Source: Macrostomum lignano (taxonomy: Eukaryota). From it: DNA of 64,000 bases. Position 1 is the stretch's first letter. Each line of letters begins with the position of its first letter. Position numbers and translations under genes: made by a program. The notes beneath the pieces are model-generated. The model had not been told where the DNA came from. It searched no databases and saw only the letters and a list, made by a program, of their open reading frames with translations. Location: positions 372,001 through 436,000 of the forward strand of contig NIVC01000382.1 of NCBI GenBank assembly GCA_002269645.1. Direction: 5' to 3'. Below are positions 49,264-63,085 of this stretch, in pieces.

Positions 49264-49955
49264 AAGGATCGGAAAATTGCATTTTACTCAGCTTCTACTG
49301 AAGCGATTTGGAAAATTCTTTTTTTCCTGCATACACGCCGCGATGATACATGTTTTAGTGTAATTTCATTGTTCTTCGTCGCTTAATAAGCATACAGTAA
49401 GCATCTGATTGGAAGCCGGGTAACACATTGGAATTCCCATAAGGATTGGAAAATTGCATTTTACTCAGCTTCTACTGAAGCGATTTGGAAAATTCTTTTT
49501 TTCCTGCATACACGCCGCGATGATACATGTTTTAGTGTAATTTCATTGTTCTTCGTCGCTTAATAAGCATACAGTAAGCATCTGATTTGGAAGCCGGGTA
49601 ACACATTGGAATTCCCATAAGGATTGGAAAATTGCATTTTACTCAGCTTCTACTGAAGTGATTTGGAAAATTCTTTTTTTCCTGCATACACGCCGCGATG
49701 ATACATGTTTTAGTGTAATTTCATTGTTCTTCGTCGCTTAATAAGCATACAGTAAGCATCTGATTTGGAAGCCGGGTAACACATTGGAATTCCCATAAGG
49801 ATTGGAAAATAGCATTTTACTCAGCTTCTACTGAAGCGATTTGGAAAAATCTTTTTTTCCTGCATACACGCCGCGATGATACATGTTTTAGTGTAATTTC
49901 ATTGTTCTTCGTCGCTTAATGAGCATACAGTAAGCATCTGATTTGGATGCCGGTT
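49264..49955. repeat. 177-178 bp tandem repeat, about 4 copies
   Basis: Unit starts at 49264, 49441, 49619 and 49797; copies are nearly identical. Confidence 0.95.
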
Positions 49956-51220
49956 TCACATTTTGTGGTACCATTTTTTACCCAAAATTTTTAAGTCTAA
50001 ATATAGGCATATTACAAATACTAATACTATGCAAGTTGATATTTAAATGAAAGAAAACAACTTAAAGATTATTTTGCAACAAGGAATTAGTGATATATTT
50101 ACTTTTAGAAAAAGATGTTTGCTGGCAAACTTTGCACTTTATATTAGTATGAATTTTTGCGAGTTTATATGGTTTTAGAAAAACTTTGAAATCCTTAGAA
50201 ATACTTCATCTTTTTGAATTGAATAAAAAGTAAAACACAGATTACTTTCTGTTTTGTAAGTAGTAAAAAAATTAGCCTTCTCTAAGGCCTACAAGTCTTA
50301 AAATTAATTGTTTAATAATGAAAAAAAGTGAAACAAAAAATTGCAAATCGGTCAACTCGGACTTTCAAAATGCTTTTTTGTGGTTTTTTCTTATTTATTC
50401 AACAATATAAAGCATGAAAACAATAGTTTTTATCCAGAACTATTTTCTAAAGACCTATCTATCTTTCAAAAACCTTTTTTAGATACATTACTTTCCATCG
50501 AATGTCCGCAGATTTGTTTTACCGTTTTATCCCACGTTTTTGGATTTCGCCATATGCATAGCAGGACATTTGTTAAGTACTCCTTATATTTGAAATTTGA
50601 ATGTTTATTACTAGAGGTCGGACGGGAATCAGGATCAGGTCTTTGTTTTAAATTTTAGTGTATTGTCCATATAAAGTTAAACAAAATTGAGAAAAGATTG
50701 TCAAGATCAAGAATGAAGAAGTAAAACACAATGAAATTGATATGAAGTTTTGTAACCAACAAAGTAAATAATGTAACAAGTACAAGTTAAAGCAAAATAC
50801 TTTCAATAATCACTAATTCTACAAATTATTAATCAAAAGACCTGTTCCCAAATCTCGAGTTTTTTAGGGTCGGGATTCAGGTCCCGTGGGAATTCAATTT
50901 TCCTTGGGATCCCGAGATTACAATTAGCTATTAAAACTTTTGTTTGTAAACCATATACTAATAAACTTTCTAATGCTAGAATAAGATTTCCCTAATGAGA
51001 TTTCTCAAATTTCACCAATGTTAGATTCTCCAAAATAAACTTATAGAAATGATCTCTAGTCTTGTCATTGAAACTGTAATCCTTATCCTTACTGACATAT
51101 GATAAATGTAAGCCACATATTTTGTTGTTTTCCACAAATTGAAATTAATGACTTAGATTAGTCCAAAGACGCATTCACAGCATAGTATAGCATAAGAATG
51201 TATACAAGTTGTTGGCCTAC

Positions 51221-51287
51221 CTTGTTCTGTTATGCCATCACCATCACCAGAATTCGGATCTAGTTTTGCTTGCTTTGCATTTGACAT
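51221..51287 (-). CDS. SET: SET exon 1 (MSNAKQAKLDPNSGDGDGITEQ). Full model: complement join(51287..51221,43448..43144,42434..42116,39782..39694), 259 aa
   Basis: ATG plus donor G|GTAGGC; the phase matches exon 2; comparable in length and character to the SET beta N-terminus. Confidence 0.75.
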
Positions 51288-54200
51288 TTTCAAACAGAAA
51301 ATAGGCAATTGACGTAGATAAAGGTGATTTGTAACTTTCCTTACAATTACTGAACTCGAACTTATATAAGTAATGTACAATTAAACGTTCCGGGGAAAGA
51401 AAGCGAGTGTTAAGTAGCTTAGTAGCGTCCTTGCTCCGCGGGCGCTGCAAACGATGCTTTTCAAAAAAAAATTTAAATGTTGTGACTAGAAAATAAATAA
51501 GAGGAAAAAACAATTAAATTAAATTTTTTAGGTTTTACTTTTATTTATTTAAGAATTTACTTATTTTTTACCAAAATATTTTTCTACTTTTGTTATTCCT
51601 AAGCTAGCAGAAGCTACCTAAATTCCGTTGGAAATTATTGCATCAGACGTTTAGGCCCTAAGTGCAGATCAGATTGAGTTAAGCCTACTGAACTGTACTG
51701 CTGCCTGTACTACCTACCTTACCTATTTTAGTATCCTGAATTTATTTGAATTTAGTGAAGCACTTTCCTCTTAACATTTAATCCATATAGGCTCTATTTA
51801 GGGCCTATACTACTTTAGAGATACTTAGGCAATATATTATATAGACAATTGCCATTGGCAAACAAATATTATAATGTCTTCAGAAATAGATTTTGACATA
51901 ATCCAAGGTAAGATGTTGCTACTTGATGATAATACATAGTTTTTTATGTTTATGAATATGTTTAATATATAGTTAATAAGCCTATATCATATTATCATAG
52001 TATGAACTATAATTGTTATTATTCAAAAAGTAGGCCTAAGTATAATATAAAAATAGCATAGCTTATTGTTTTATTATAGGCTAATTATATTACAAGTAGT
52101 ATGAAGATGCACACGTCTTTTTGCCACCAGTGAACGGGCTTCTTTTTAGACGTGGGTCTTCAGGTTCCTAGTCATTTCGTTATCTGCCATTTCGTCATGG
52201 TAATGGCTAGAGTTCCGGCACTGGAACCCATTTTCTAACAGCTAGGGATCCGGCAGTGCCATACAGAAGCATATAAAGACTGCTAAGAACATATCTTAAG
52301 AAGTCTAAATATTAGAAGCATCTCATCCTGAATCTTATCATATTGTCTTAAATGTCTTGCAATTCAAATGTTCAGTTAAAAAGCTAAATTTAATACAAAA
52401 TTATAATCATGTGATGCCTATTTATTGATCTAATTTTCCTTGGTCTGTGTGCGAAGCAAATGAAGCGCTATTATATGCCCTCCCAACCAAGCTGCCAAGC
52501 CCTCTCATGTTGCCACAACCCCACTTGGAAGCAACAGTGTGTACATTATATGTAAGATTAATTCCTTCCTTTTCCTTTCCTTTCTAACCAGCTTAACTCA
52601 GCCCAAGGCCAAAGCCATGCAAGCAATCGCATGCAAATTGCAAATGCAGATTATGCAAAGTGGTATGCAGCTTAATCTGATGAATTTCGATGCAAAAAAA
52701 ATGATTTTTTATATGAAAAAAACATCGAATGCTTATAAAATTCAAGAAGTTTGTTAAATTAACTATATGAAACACTGTGCATTGGTTTCAGTGCAAAATT
52801 CCTACCATTTCCAGCTTAAATAGCTCCAAAACTAACATAAAAGTAAAAAGTCAAGTTTTCAGTTTTTTATTGATAATTTTTTACTCAATTAACTGAATCT
52901 CTAGAAATTGCACACAAATATGCCTCTTTTTGTGGGAAATCAGCCGTCATAAAAATAATGCCATCTTATTGCGTTATTTTGTTTGATTTCAAGCCAAATA
53001 TTAAAAAATCACTATTCTGATTGATTTCCAATCACTTTTGATACATGAGAACTTGTTGCAGACACTCAAAAACTTGGTAAATTTTAGCCAGACATTAGTA
53101 CAATTTGTTGCAGTATCCGCATTTGATCTACCATTCTTTTAACAATTTAATCACCTATTTTTCTGGCACCCAATCAGCCAAAAATCACAAATTATCAATT
53201 TCTGATTGATTTTTCAACCCGAAAGCAGCAAAATCAGATGGCGGCAATTCAAACCAATATAGTATAGCAACTATGCTATAGAAATTCAAAGTTGGATTAT
53301 TTGCACCATGTTCTCAAAATTATAATGAGCAATAATATAAAAGTCATGTGATTTTTTTCAAAATCAATCTTTGTTGATTTTCTTAGCACTGCAAAATCGT
53401 AAGAAAACAAAACTTTAGACACTTGTAGATTTTTGCATTGTGCATCTAACTGCACTGCTTTGAAGCCAAAACTTGAAAAGCTTTGTAGGAAAAAGTGGGG
53501 AAATAATAAAATGAGGGTCATTTTTTTACCCAAAAAACCCACCAAAACTGAATAAAGATGTCAAAATAAATTAAAGCGCCATATACCATTTTGTAGGAAA
53601 TTTAGTTTTACAACTTTGATCCTCAGATGTCAAAGCCATATCTCGTAAGGTGTACCAGAATTTTGAGATCTCCCAGAAGCACTTTTGAAAAAATCATTTT
53701 TTCAGTTAATTTATGGCTTATTTAAAGAATCTTTGCACTTGAGAGTATATTCATTCAATAGATCTAAAAGTTTTCTATCGATCAACATCTCACTCAACTC
53801 AATTGGCGCAGTAGTTGCAAAATAAGAGCATTTTTTAGAGAAAAAATGTGAAATTTCAAAATATGGGAGTCTAACTTATTTACTCACCCTTGGCCCCTGG
53901 CAGGGCTTCGGGTTCTCTTGCTCTTGCCCGACGCAGCCTTTAGTGGCGCCAGGCTTGGATCGTTCACTGGTGGAAATATAAGGATGTCACGATGCCAGGT
54001 TGTGCCATTTTAGCCATTTTAAATAAATTTGAATTCATAATTTGTATATATATTTTAAATTAAAATATTTTTAATTTATAAAAGACTTGGGGTGTCCAGT
54101 GAGCCCATTTTTAGCGTATGCAAAAACAAAAAAGGTAAAAAGTGGTCTTCTTTAAATGGCTAGGCCTATAACTTTTTCAATATATAAGATAAGATAATGA

Positions 54201-56039
54201 GATAATGAAAAGAAGGCAAACAGATCTTTCAAATGAAATATAAATGACATATGTTTAGTACATACAATTACAAAGATAAAGACTATCAAACATTGTATAC
54301 ATTTTCATACATTTTCAAAACTGTGCTGAATTTGTTTGAAAATATGAGATTAGTTTTTTAGTAAATGAATACATAACTGCTAAGAATATTTGCACACTGA
54401 GTGTAGGTAACTTCCTGCATGTCATTTTAAGTAAATTTTTTTGTTCAAAAATATGTACATATACATTTAAAATTTAAAATGGCTATAACTTTTGAATGGA
54501 AAGAGGGGCCACCCTAATTCTTTTTGCTACTTACTTCTAGTGACAAAATGAAATGTTTAAACAAGACAAGATGAGTGTAACTCTTGCCGCAATATGCTTA
54601 ATAGAAATTTTCTAAATGCATGCAAATCATAATGGCAATCTCCTAGTTTACTATGAGTACGTTAAATTATTTTTAGGTAGAAATGAAAAGTTACATATTT
54701 CAACAGTCTACGGTAGTTAGAAGGCAGTCCAAAATGTCAATAATAATGCATAATCCAATATAAAACATTGCCAAATGCTTTCTTTGGCAAGTGGCGGCAC
54801 CACAGGTACTCATTGAGGTGGGTCTCAAACAGGGCATTGCTGGTGCCGTGCATCGCCCTGAATTTGGCCTTGACGTGTGCCCATGACCTCTCAATGATGT
54901 TTGTATGGACAGTCGGGTTGTGGGGGTCTACAAAATGGAGTTGGTGATTGTAGTTGGTGCTCTAGGCCTCCTAGCCATATGGGTAGTCAGCAGGTAGGCT
55001 GAAAAGTTTTGAAAGTGGGCAAATAGTTTAATGCAGTAAAGTAAAAGATTGCCATCTCCATAAGAGACAAAAATTAGGAAATTTTCTAAGCTTGAAAGAA
55101 AGGCCAATTAGTTTCTTTGATAAAATGATAGCAAAACAGGCCAAACTCTTTGTCCTAAAGGCACATCCTGATAACTTTTGCTGACTGAAGTTATTTAGCA
55201 TATTTGGCAAAGCTGTACAAGCAAATACACTATAGAGATAGGAAAAATATACATGAAGGGCTGTATGTTCCACAAATCAGTCACACTTGCAATTTCTTTT
55301 CAAAAGAAGATAGCTGGACTCAGGATACACTTAATCCTTTATGCACATCTTACCAATTCGTATAATTGCTATATCCAGTAAATTTAGGGCATGGTTAAAT
55401 GAAAATACATAGAAAAAATATGGGAAATGGGTATGTGAAAAGAGATGCACCTATTAATATCTACTGTAGGTCCTGCGCCTATGGTATGATGTTTGTTGAG
55501 GTAAAATTTAATGACTACATTATGTTAATATATTGTTTTAGTTATATTCTTTTATTGGTAAATGTGTATATTTCTATACATGAAAGGATAGAAGTAAAAA
55601 AGGCTTCCACTGGAAGGTTTGCTGCTGGAAATGGACCCTAGCAGAGCTATCCCAACAAGCAATCTTTGGCATATGTCTAGTCAACTGGTCAATGCTAATT
55701 GACCTTTCTGATATTACTTTAAAAACTGTATAACTTATTAATAATGAAGGAAGTTTAAAAACTGTTATTGGTAGGGCAACCTACATGTATATACATTGTA
55801 CAGACAGTATAGTACATCTTAGACTTAAAAAAATTAAATTCAGTATTGGATTTAGGGTATAGTGCAAAGGGCATGCCATTCAACAATTTTGCTTTTATCA
55901 CTTTCTCTATTGGTAGTACATTATTATGTACATATACCATACTTACATATACATGTAACCTTAGTGCTCTATATCCCCATTCAAAATTTTCTGGATCCAT
56001 GTCTAGTAAAATTTAAGCCTAAGGAAAAGTATGTCACTA

Positions 56040-56760
56040 ATTGTCTTCATTGTCTAGCACAGAAAGTCATTGTCTAAGTAGTCTTTGTAAAGGTTGTAGG
56101 TAAAAACTTCATTTGGGCCAGTCTCATCAAAGGTGACCTCAAAGTTCTATGAGAATACATCATGGCTGGCGCATGGCAGTTGACACTGAACATAGCCTTC
56201 CTTCCATTGCTCAGAACCATCAGCATAGCCAAATTGCATTTCAATGTGTCAACACTCAAAGACTGATAAGTTCTAAAGCGATGGTGCCTGTCTGGGTTGG
56301 GCCTTGGGCTTGGCATCAAACTCCTGCTCGGACTTGGAAGTCAAGTTATGAGGGCGCTTGGTACTTGCATGGATACCCGCATGCACGCCCACGCCTAAGC
56401 CCATGTCCTTGCCTAGTAGTTCCCTGTCCTTCTCCATGTCTGCCTTTGCTAGTGCCCTGAGCCTGAGCTCTATTGCCTGCGCTGCCTTGGCCACAACCAT
56501 GCCTCATCCCATGCCTATGCAATCTGGCAGCTATAGATAAGGCTGTTTGTGCAGGCTCCAGCTTCTTTGCAATGGCTACCTTAACATGGTCAGCATGCTC
56601 GTTGGCAGATTGTACCGACACAGCCTGCGAGTCATCCTCCTTGGCTATGGCAGTTTTTCCCCCTGCAGATAGGCCAGGAATTCTTGCAGGTTGTCAGTGA
56701 GGAGTTGCACTGACCTTTTCGTGCCAGAATCTATAAGGTTAAGGCAGCCTGCCATGTCAT
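56040..56760 (-). pseudogene. GC-richer decayed coding-like segment, probably a transposon remnant of unknown family
   Basis: Overlapping broken frames with Ala/Lys/Glu-rich helical peptides; no diagnostic motif. Confidence 0.25.
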
Positions 56761-56949
56761 TGGGGATTGTTGGCTCTGTTTAAGAAGGGTGTTAGTAGGT
56801 AACTAGTAATCTTCGCCCCCCGATGGGGGACATCTGGATAGAATCTCTGTTCTCTACAAGTAACAAAAAAACAGCCAAAAATCCTTCAAAAAGACAACAG
56901 ACAAACTGCTCAAATGAAGTGCATTGCAAAAAGAAATCATCCCAAGACC

Positions 56950-57410
56950 GCAAGCATCCCCCAGATAGCAAGCATCCCCCAGATAGCAAGCATCCCCAAG
57001 ATAGCAAGCATCCCCAGATAGCAGGCATCCCCAAGATAGCAAGCATCCCCCAGATAGCAAGCGTCCCCCAGATAGCAAGCATCCCCCAGATAGCAAGCAT
57101 CCCTCAGATAGCAAGCATCCCCCAAATAGCAAGCATCCCCCAGATAGCAAGCATCCCCCGGATAGCAAGCATCCCCCAGAGAGCAAGCATCCCCCAGATA
57201 GCAAGCATCCCTCAGATAGCAAGCATCCCCCAGATAGCAAGCATCCCCCAGATAGCAAGCATCCCTCAGATAGCAAGCATCCCCCAGATAGCAAGCATCC
57301 CCCAGATAGCAAGCATCCCCCAGATAGCAAGCATCCCCCAGATAGCAAGCATCCCCAAAATAGCAAGCATCCCCAAGATAGATAGCATCCCCAAATAGCA
57401 AGCATCCACC
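56950..57410. repeat. 18-bp minisatellite (agcaagcatcccccagat)
   Basis: About 25 copies. Confidence 0.95.
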
Positions 57411-57514
57411 AGACAATAAGTAGCTAGTGCGACAATTTCCTTAGCATTATAGCGGCTCCTTTAAAATTCGCTTACTTTTACGTTTGAAATTGTGTATCTT
57501 TTATGTTTAACAGG

Positions 57515-60500
57515 GTGGCTCTTTTATGTTCTACATTGTGGCTCTTTTATGTTATACATTGTGGCTCTTTTTTGTTCTACGCTCGTACATGGTAACTCTT
57601 TTATGTTTGATACGGTGGCTTTTCAATGTCTGACATGGTGGCTCTTCTATGTTTGACATGGGGGCTCTTCTATGTTTGACATGGGGGCTCTTCTATGTTT
57701 GACATGGGAGCTCTTCTATGTTTGACAAAGTGGCTTTTTAATGTTTGACATGGTGGCTCTATTATGTTTGACATGGTGGCTCTATTATGTTTGACATGGT
57801 GGCTCTTTAATGTTCAAAAAGTTGGCTCTTTTATGTTTGACATGGTGGCTCTTTAATGTTTGACATGGTGGCTCTTTAATGTTTGACATGGTGGCTCTTT
57901 AATGTTAGACAAAGTAGCTCTTTAATGTTTGACATGATGGCTCTTAAATGTTAGACATGGTGGCTCTTTACTTTTTGACATGGTGGCTCTTTAATGTTGG
58001 ACATGGTGGCTTTTTAATGTTAGACATGGTGGCTCTTTAATGTTCGACATAAAGTCACTTATATGTTTGACATGGTGGCTCTTTAATGTTTGACATGGTA
58101 GCTCTTTTATGTTCGACATGGTGGCTCTTTTATGTTCGACATGGTGTCGCTTCAATGTTCGACATGGAGTTACGTATATGTTTTACATGGTGACTCTTTT
58201 ATGTTGGACATGGTGGCTCTTTAATGTTTGACATGGGGTCTCTTCAATGTTTGACATGGAGTTACGTATATGTTTGACATGGTGGCTCTTTAATGTTTTA
58301 CATGGTGGCACTTTCATGTTTGACCTGGTGGCTCTTTAATATTTGACATGGTGGCTCTTTTATGTTTGACATGGTGGCTCTTTTATCTTTGACATGGTGG
58401 CTCTGTAATGTTCGACATGGAGTCATGTACATGTTTCACATGGTAGCTCTTAAATGTTCGACATGGTGGCTCTTTAATGTTCAACATGGAGTCATGTATA
58501 TGTTTGACATGGTGGCTCTTTAATGTTAGACATGGTGGCTCTTTTATGTTTTGCATGGTGGCTCTTTTATGTTCGACATGGTGTCTCTTCAATGTTTGAC
58601 ATGGCGTCATGTATATGTTTGACATGGATGCTCTTGTATTTTTAACATGTTGACTCTTTAATTTTCGAAATGGTGGCTCTTAATTGTCTAACATGGAGTC
58701 ACGTATATGTTTGACATGGAGTCATGCATATGCCTGATATGGTAGCTCTTTAATGTTTTACATGGAGTCACGTATATGTTTCACATGTTGGGTATTTTAT
58801 GTTTGACCTGGTGGCTCTTTAATGTTTGACATGGTGGATCTTTAATATTTGACATGGTGGCCCTTTTATGTTCGATATGGTGGCTCTTCAATGTTTGACA
58901 TGGAGTCACGTATATGTTTTACATGGTGGCTCTTTTATGTTCGACATGGCGTCATGTATATGTTTGACATGGTGGCTCTTAAATGTTCGGCATGGTGGCT
59001 CTTTAATGTTAGACATAGTGTCTCTTTAATGTTTTGCATGGTGGCTCTTTTATGTTCGACATGGTGTCTCTTCAATGTTTGACATGGAGTCATGTATATG
59101 TTTGACATGGTGGCTATTTTATGTTTGACATGGTGGTTCTTAAATGTTCGACATGGTGGCTCTTTAATGTGTTACATGGTGGCACTTTCATGTTTGACCT
59201 GGTGGCTCTTTAATGTTTGACATAGTGTCTCTTTAATGTTTGACATGGAGTCATGTATATGTTTGACATGGTAGCTCTTGAATGTTCGACATAGAGTCAT
59301 GTATATGTCTGCCATGGTGGCTCTTTAATGTTAGACATGGTGGCACTTTCATGTTTGACCTGGTGGCTCTTTAATGTTTGACATGGTGGCTCTTTAATAT
59401 TTGACATGGTGGCCCTTTTATGTTCGATATGGTGGCTCTTCAATGTTTGACATGGAGTCACGTATATGTTTTACATGGTGGCTCTTTTATGTTCGACATG
59501 GCGTCATGTATATGTTTGACATGGTAGCTCTTGAATGTTCAACATGGAGTCATGTATATGTTTGACATGGTAGCTCTTGAATGTTCAACATGGAGTCATG
59601 TATATGTTTGACATGGTGGCTCTTAAATGTTCGACATGGTGGCTCTTTAATGTTAGACATAGTGTCTCTTTAATGTTTTGCATGGTGGCTCTTTTATGTT
59701 CGACATGGTGTCTCTTCAATGTTTGACATGGAGTCATGTATATGTTTGACATGGTGGCTCTTGTATTTTTAACATGTTGGCTCTTTAATGTTCGACATGG
59801 TGGCTCTTTAATGTCTAACATGGAGTCACGTATATGTTTGACATGGAGTCATGTATATGTCTGATATGGTAGCTCTTTAATGTTTTACATGAAGTCACGT
59901 ATATGTTTCACATGGTGGCTATTTTATGTTTGACATGGTGGTTCTTAAATGTTCGACATGGTGGCTCTTTAATGTGTTACATGGTGGCACTTTCATGTTT
60001 GACCTGGTGGCTCTTTAATGTTTGACATAGTGTCTCTTTAATGTTTGACATGGAGTCATGTATATGTTTGACATGGTAGCTCTTGAATGTTCGACATAGA
60101 GTCATGTATATGTCTGCCATGGTGGCTCTTTAATGTTAGACATGGTGGCACTTTCATGTTTGACCTGGTGGCTCTTTAATGTTTGACATGGTGGCTCTTT
60201 AATATTTGACATGGTGGCCCTTTAATATTTGACATGGTGGCCCTTTAATGTTCGACATGGTGGCTCTTCAATGTTCGACATGGAGTCATGTATATGTTTG
60301 ACCTGGTTGCTCTTTAATGTTCGACATGGTGGCTCTTTTAGGGTTGAAATGGTGGCTCTTTAATGTTTGACATGGTGGCTTTTTAATGTTCGACATGGTG
60401 GCTCTTTTATGTTCGACATGGCGTCATGTATATGTTTGACATGGTAGCTCTTGAATGTTCAACATGGAGTCATGTGTATGTTGGACATGGTGGCTCTTTA

Positions 60501-60665
60501 ATGTTCGACATGGTGGCTCTTTAATGGTCGACATGGTGGCTCTTTAATGTTCGACATGGTAGCTCTTTAATGTTCGACATGGTGGCTCTTTAATGGTCGA
60601 CATGGTGGCTCTTTAATGGTCGACATGGTGGCTCTTTAATGTTTGACATGGTGGCTCTTTAATGT
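57515..60665. repeat. Diverged 23-bp minisatellite, about 3.1 kb (catggtggctctttaatgtttga)
   Basis: About 135 monomers with internal block duplications. Confidence 0.95.
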
Positions 60666-60732
60666 TTGACATTGTGCTTTTTTGTGTTTAGCATTTTGTG
60701 TTTTTAAGATTTTTGAATAAAAAAATCTTTTT

Positions 60733-60798
60733 GCACTACTAAGATTCGAACCCAGGTCGCAGCATTAGCAGTCCAGTCTGTTCGCATCTATGCTATCT
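60733..60798 (-). pseudogene. tRNA-derived fragment or SINE head (tRNA-Ser GCT-like)
   Basis: ggactgctaat anticodon-loop-like sequence and B box GGTTCGAATC; acceptor stem and D arm are not intact. Confidence 0.5.
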
Positions 60799-60859
60799 CT
60801 TGTCTTGAATTGTGGCCCTTATAATTAAATTCTTATTGCAAATCGGTTAGAGTTAAAAT

Positions 60860-61272
60860 TTATGACATAATCAATTTCTCAGTCAGCCAGTATCAGTCTC
60901 AATTTAAGTTAGCAATGTGGTTACGCAATTTAAATCAAGTTTTGTGTGCATTTCTTCGGCACTGTTTTCAACTGGTTGTGATGCAATCCTTATCACAATT
61001 GGAATTCAGTCAGTCAGTTTTTTCTCTAGCATTCTTACAACGCATTTCAGGTCGAAAGAGCTGCTTGACCTTTGCAAAAAAGCACGTTTTTCGAATATTT
61101 AATCCCTTTAACATTGAGCAATTTCTTAGCCAAGATGCATGTACCGTCCCAGGAAAATTTCTGATCGAATGGTGCAAGTTTGAAGAAAATCTGTTGAGCC
61201 ATTTTTTCTGAAATCTATCGCATACCTACCTACCTACCTACCCACAGACAACTCATTTTTAGTATATAGGAT
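60860..61272 (+). mobile_element. Possible Helitron/Helentron-derived (DINE/HINE-like) non-autonomous element
   Basis: The 3' architecture aagtttgaagaaaatc...(ccta)n...acagaca...ttttagtatatag resembles microsatellite-bearing rolling-circle elements; the 5' end is undefined. Confidence 0.35.
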
Positions 61273-61289
61273 GCATATTCAGTGATGAC

Positions 61290-63085
61290 AATTAATCCTA
61301 AAAGTGGGATATGCATGAGCACAGGCAGTAATGAATACTGTATATATTACCTATTGCCTTGTGCAGTTGCAGTTGGGAGAGCACAGCTGGCTCATGCAGC
61401 CGCTCAGACAGGGCCAAAAGCCTGTTCTGCATCTCAGCAACTGTGAGCCATAGGCCACCGTAGTCCTGCACCGCATTGATCAGGTCGTGGAGCAAACTCT
61501 CCCTGGCAATCTTTCTGCACTGATTCTGAGCAATTCAAGCCTGCTGCTATGCAGCTCAAACAGCCCTGGGATCCACCTTGGCCTGCATCTCCACTTTCTT
61601 TGTGATATGACGTGCTCACAATAGCATTGCGTCCTGCTCTTCCAGTGACTTCTGGCAAAGCCACTTGCTTGTTCCATTCTGGTTAAAAAGCATGAAAGTC
61701 TCGTGAGCTAGGGGCCACATGTTGGGCTTCAACCTTACAGTACTGTCCAGTACTGCAAAAGATACCTCACATGCCACATTGTCCTTGGGAGCAGCAGCAG
61801 CCAAATGGGAATTGTTGTCTGGCAGATTGTGCAGCGCACCACCTGGCAGGTGATCACCCTGTGTCTTCTCTTTTCTACCTGCAGAACACTCTAATGGTTG
61901 CCCCATTTGCTTGTAGCATCAGTTATCAGTGTCAAAGGTTGTTTGTCTATGATGCAAGCAGGATGCTCTCCATGGCCTTCACCTTGGCAAGGCTGTTGCC
62001 AACACCGTATGTGACCAAGCTGATAAGCAAGGGCAGCTTGTCGCTGATCTGCAACTCTACAGAGCTGCATGGCGACAGTGACAATAGTGTCGCGGATGGC
62101 TCAAACAGGGATGTGGCACTTTAGCACCAGATTTGTGCAGGTGGCAAGGACATGGTTGGTATACTGCTTTCTACCAGCAGCTCTTAGCTCCTGCGTCTGC
62201 AGTACATGCATCTGGCCAGCTTGGAATATGACCTGGAGCTGTTGGATCTGTTTGGTGTTTAGAGTACTGTATGTTTGAAGAACAATCCTTCCCAATCTCA
62301 GTCATTCCCAATCTGACACCCAACCCTTGCACTATATCCAATGCACCATAGTGACAAGTCAACAACAATCTTACTCATGCAACTTATGCGACTTTTCAAA
62401 GTAGCCAGCATTTCATGCATCTCGCGCAGCTCGGCATGCACCAAGGCATTTCTACGCTCAGCAGCAGCTTCCACTTGAGCAGCCTGGTGACGTTTCTTGG
62501 CTAGCTTGGCCTCACTCATCTCTACCAGTTGCCGGCTTTTGCTGCTCAATTGCTGTCAAACTACATGCAGCCAATCTTTCAGATGCCGGACACACTGCAA
62601 CCACACTTTTCGCTGTGGACACTTGGCCAGCTTATTGTGCAGCTTTTGTATAGTCACCTCTGACCGTTCCAGCTAGGCCAAAAGATAGCATACAGCTTCT
62701 CAAAGGCCTGTATTGGTGCCCCACTCCTCTTCAGGGGACCAAGCAGCAGCAGTAGCAGAAGAAGTTTGGGTTGGCATGCTAGGAGCCGGCTGTGGCACAT
62801 TTGCAGCTGGGACTAGTACCACTGCAGGAAAGGCGAACACTTTGTCCATATAGATGGCCCAGGCACTCTGCTTGCTAGCAGCTTTCTTGCGCACCTTCAA
62901 ACTTTCCAGATCCAGTGCCTTTGCTTTCACTTTTGTTGCACATCTGCTTCAGTGTCAGCAGGCAGACAAAGACTGTCAGCCTAGGCTTTCTGCACCTCGG
63001 AGCTGGGTAACTTAGCCTTGATAGATGCCTCCAGGGTGGCAAGCATCAGACTGTTGCTACATGTAACTGGCTCAGTCATTGCACT
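61290..63085 (-). pseudogene. Decayed DDE transposase with a hAT-like C-terminus
   Basis: Broken frames encode LTLITDATSKWGNH (candidate first catalytic Asp) and APKDNVACEVSFAVLDSTVRLKPN...KSLEEQ, which resembles the PxxNxxxExxF motif of hAT-like dimerisation regions; many stops and frameshifts. Confidence 0.45.

Noticed and set aside
52123-53975. 13-bp inverted match ccaccagtgaacg/cgttcactggtgg as transposon TIRs
   Set aside because: No TSD and no subterminal similarity; may be chance.
60733-60798. Functional tRNA-Ser
   Set aside because: No intact acceptor stem or D arm; kept only as a tRNA-derived fragment.
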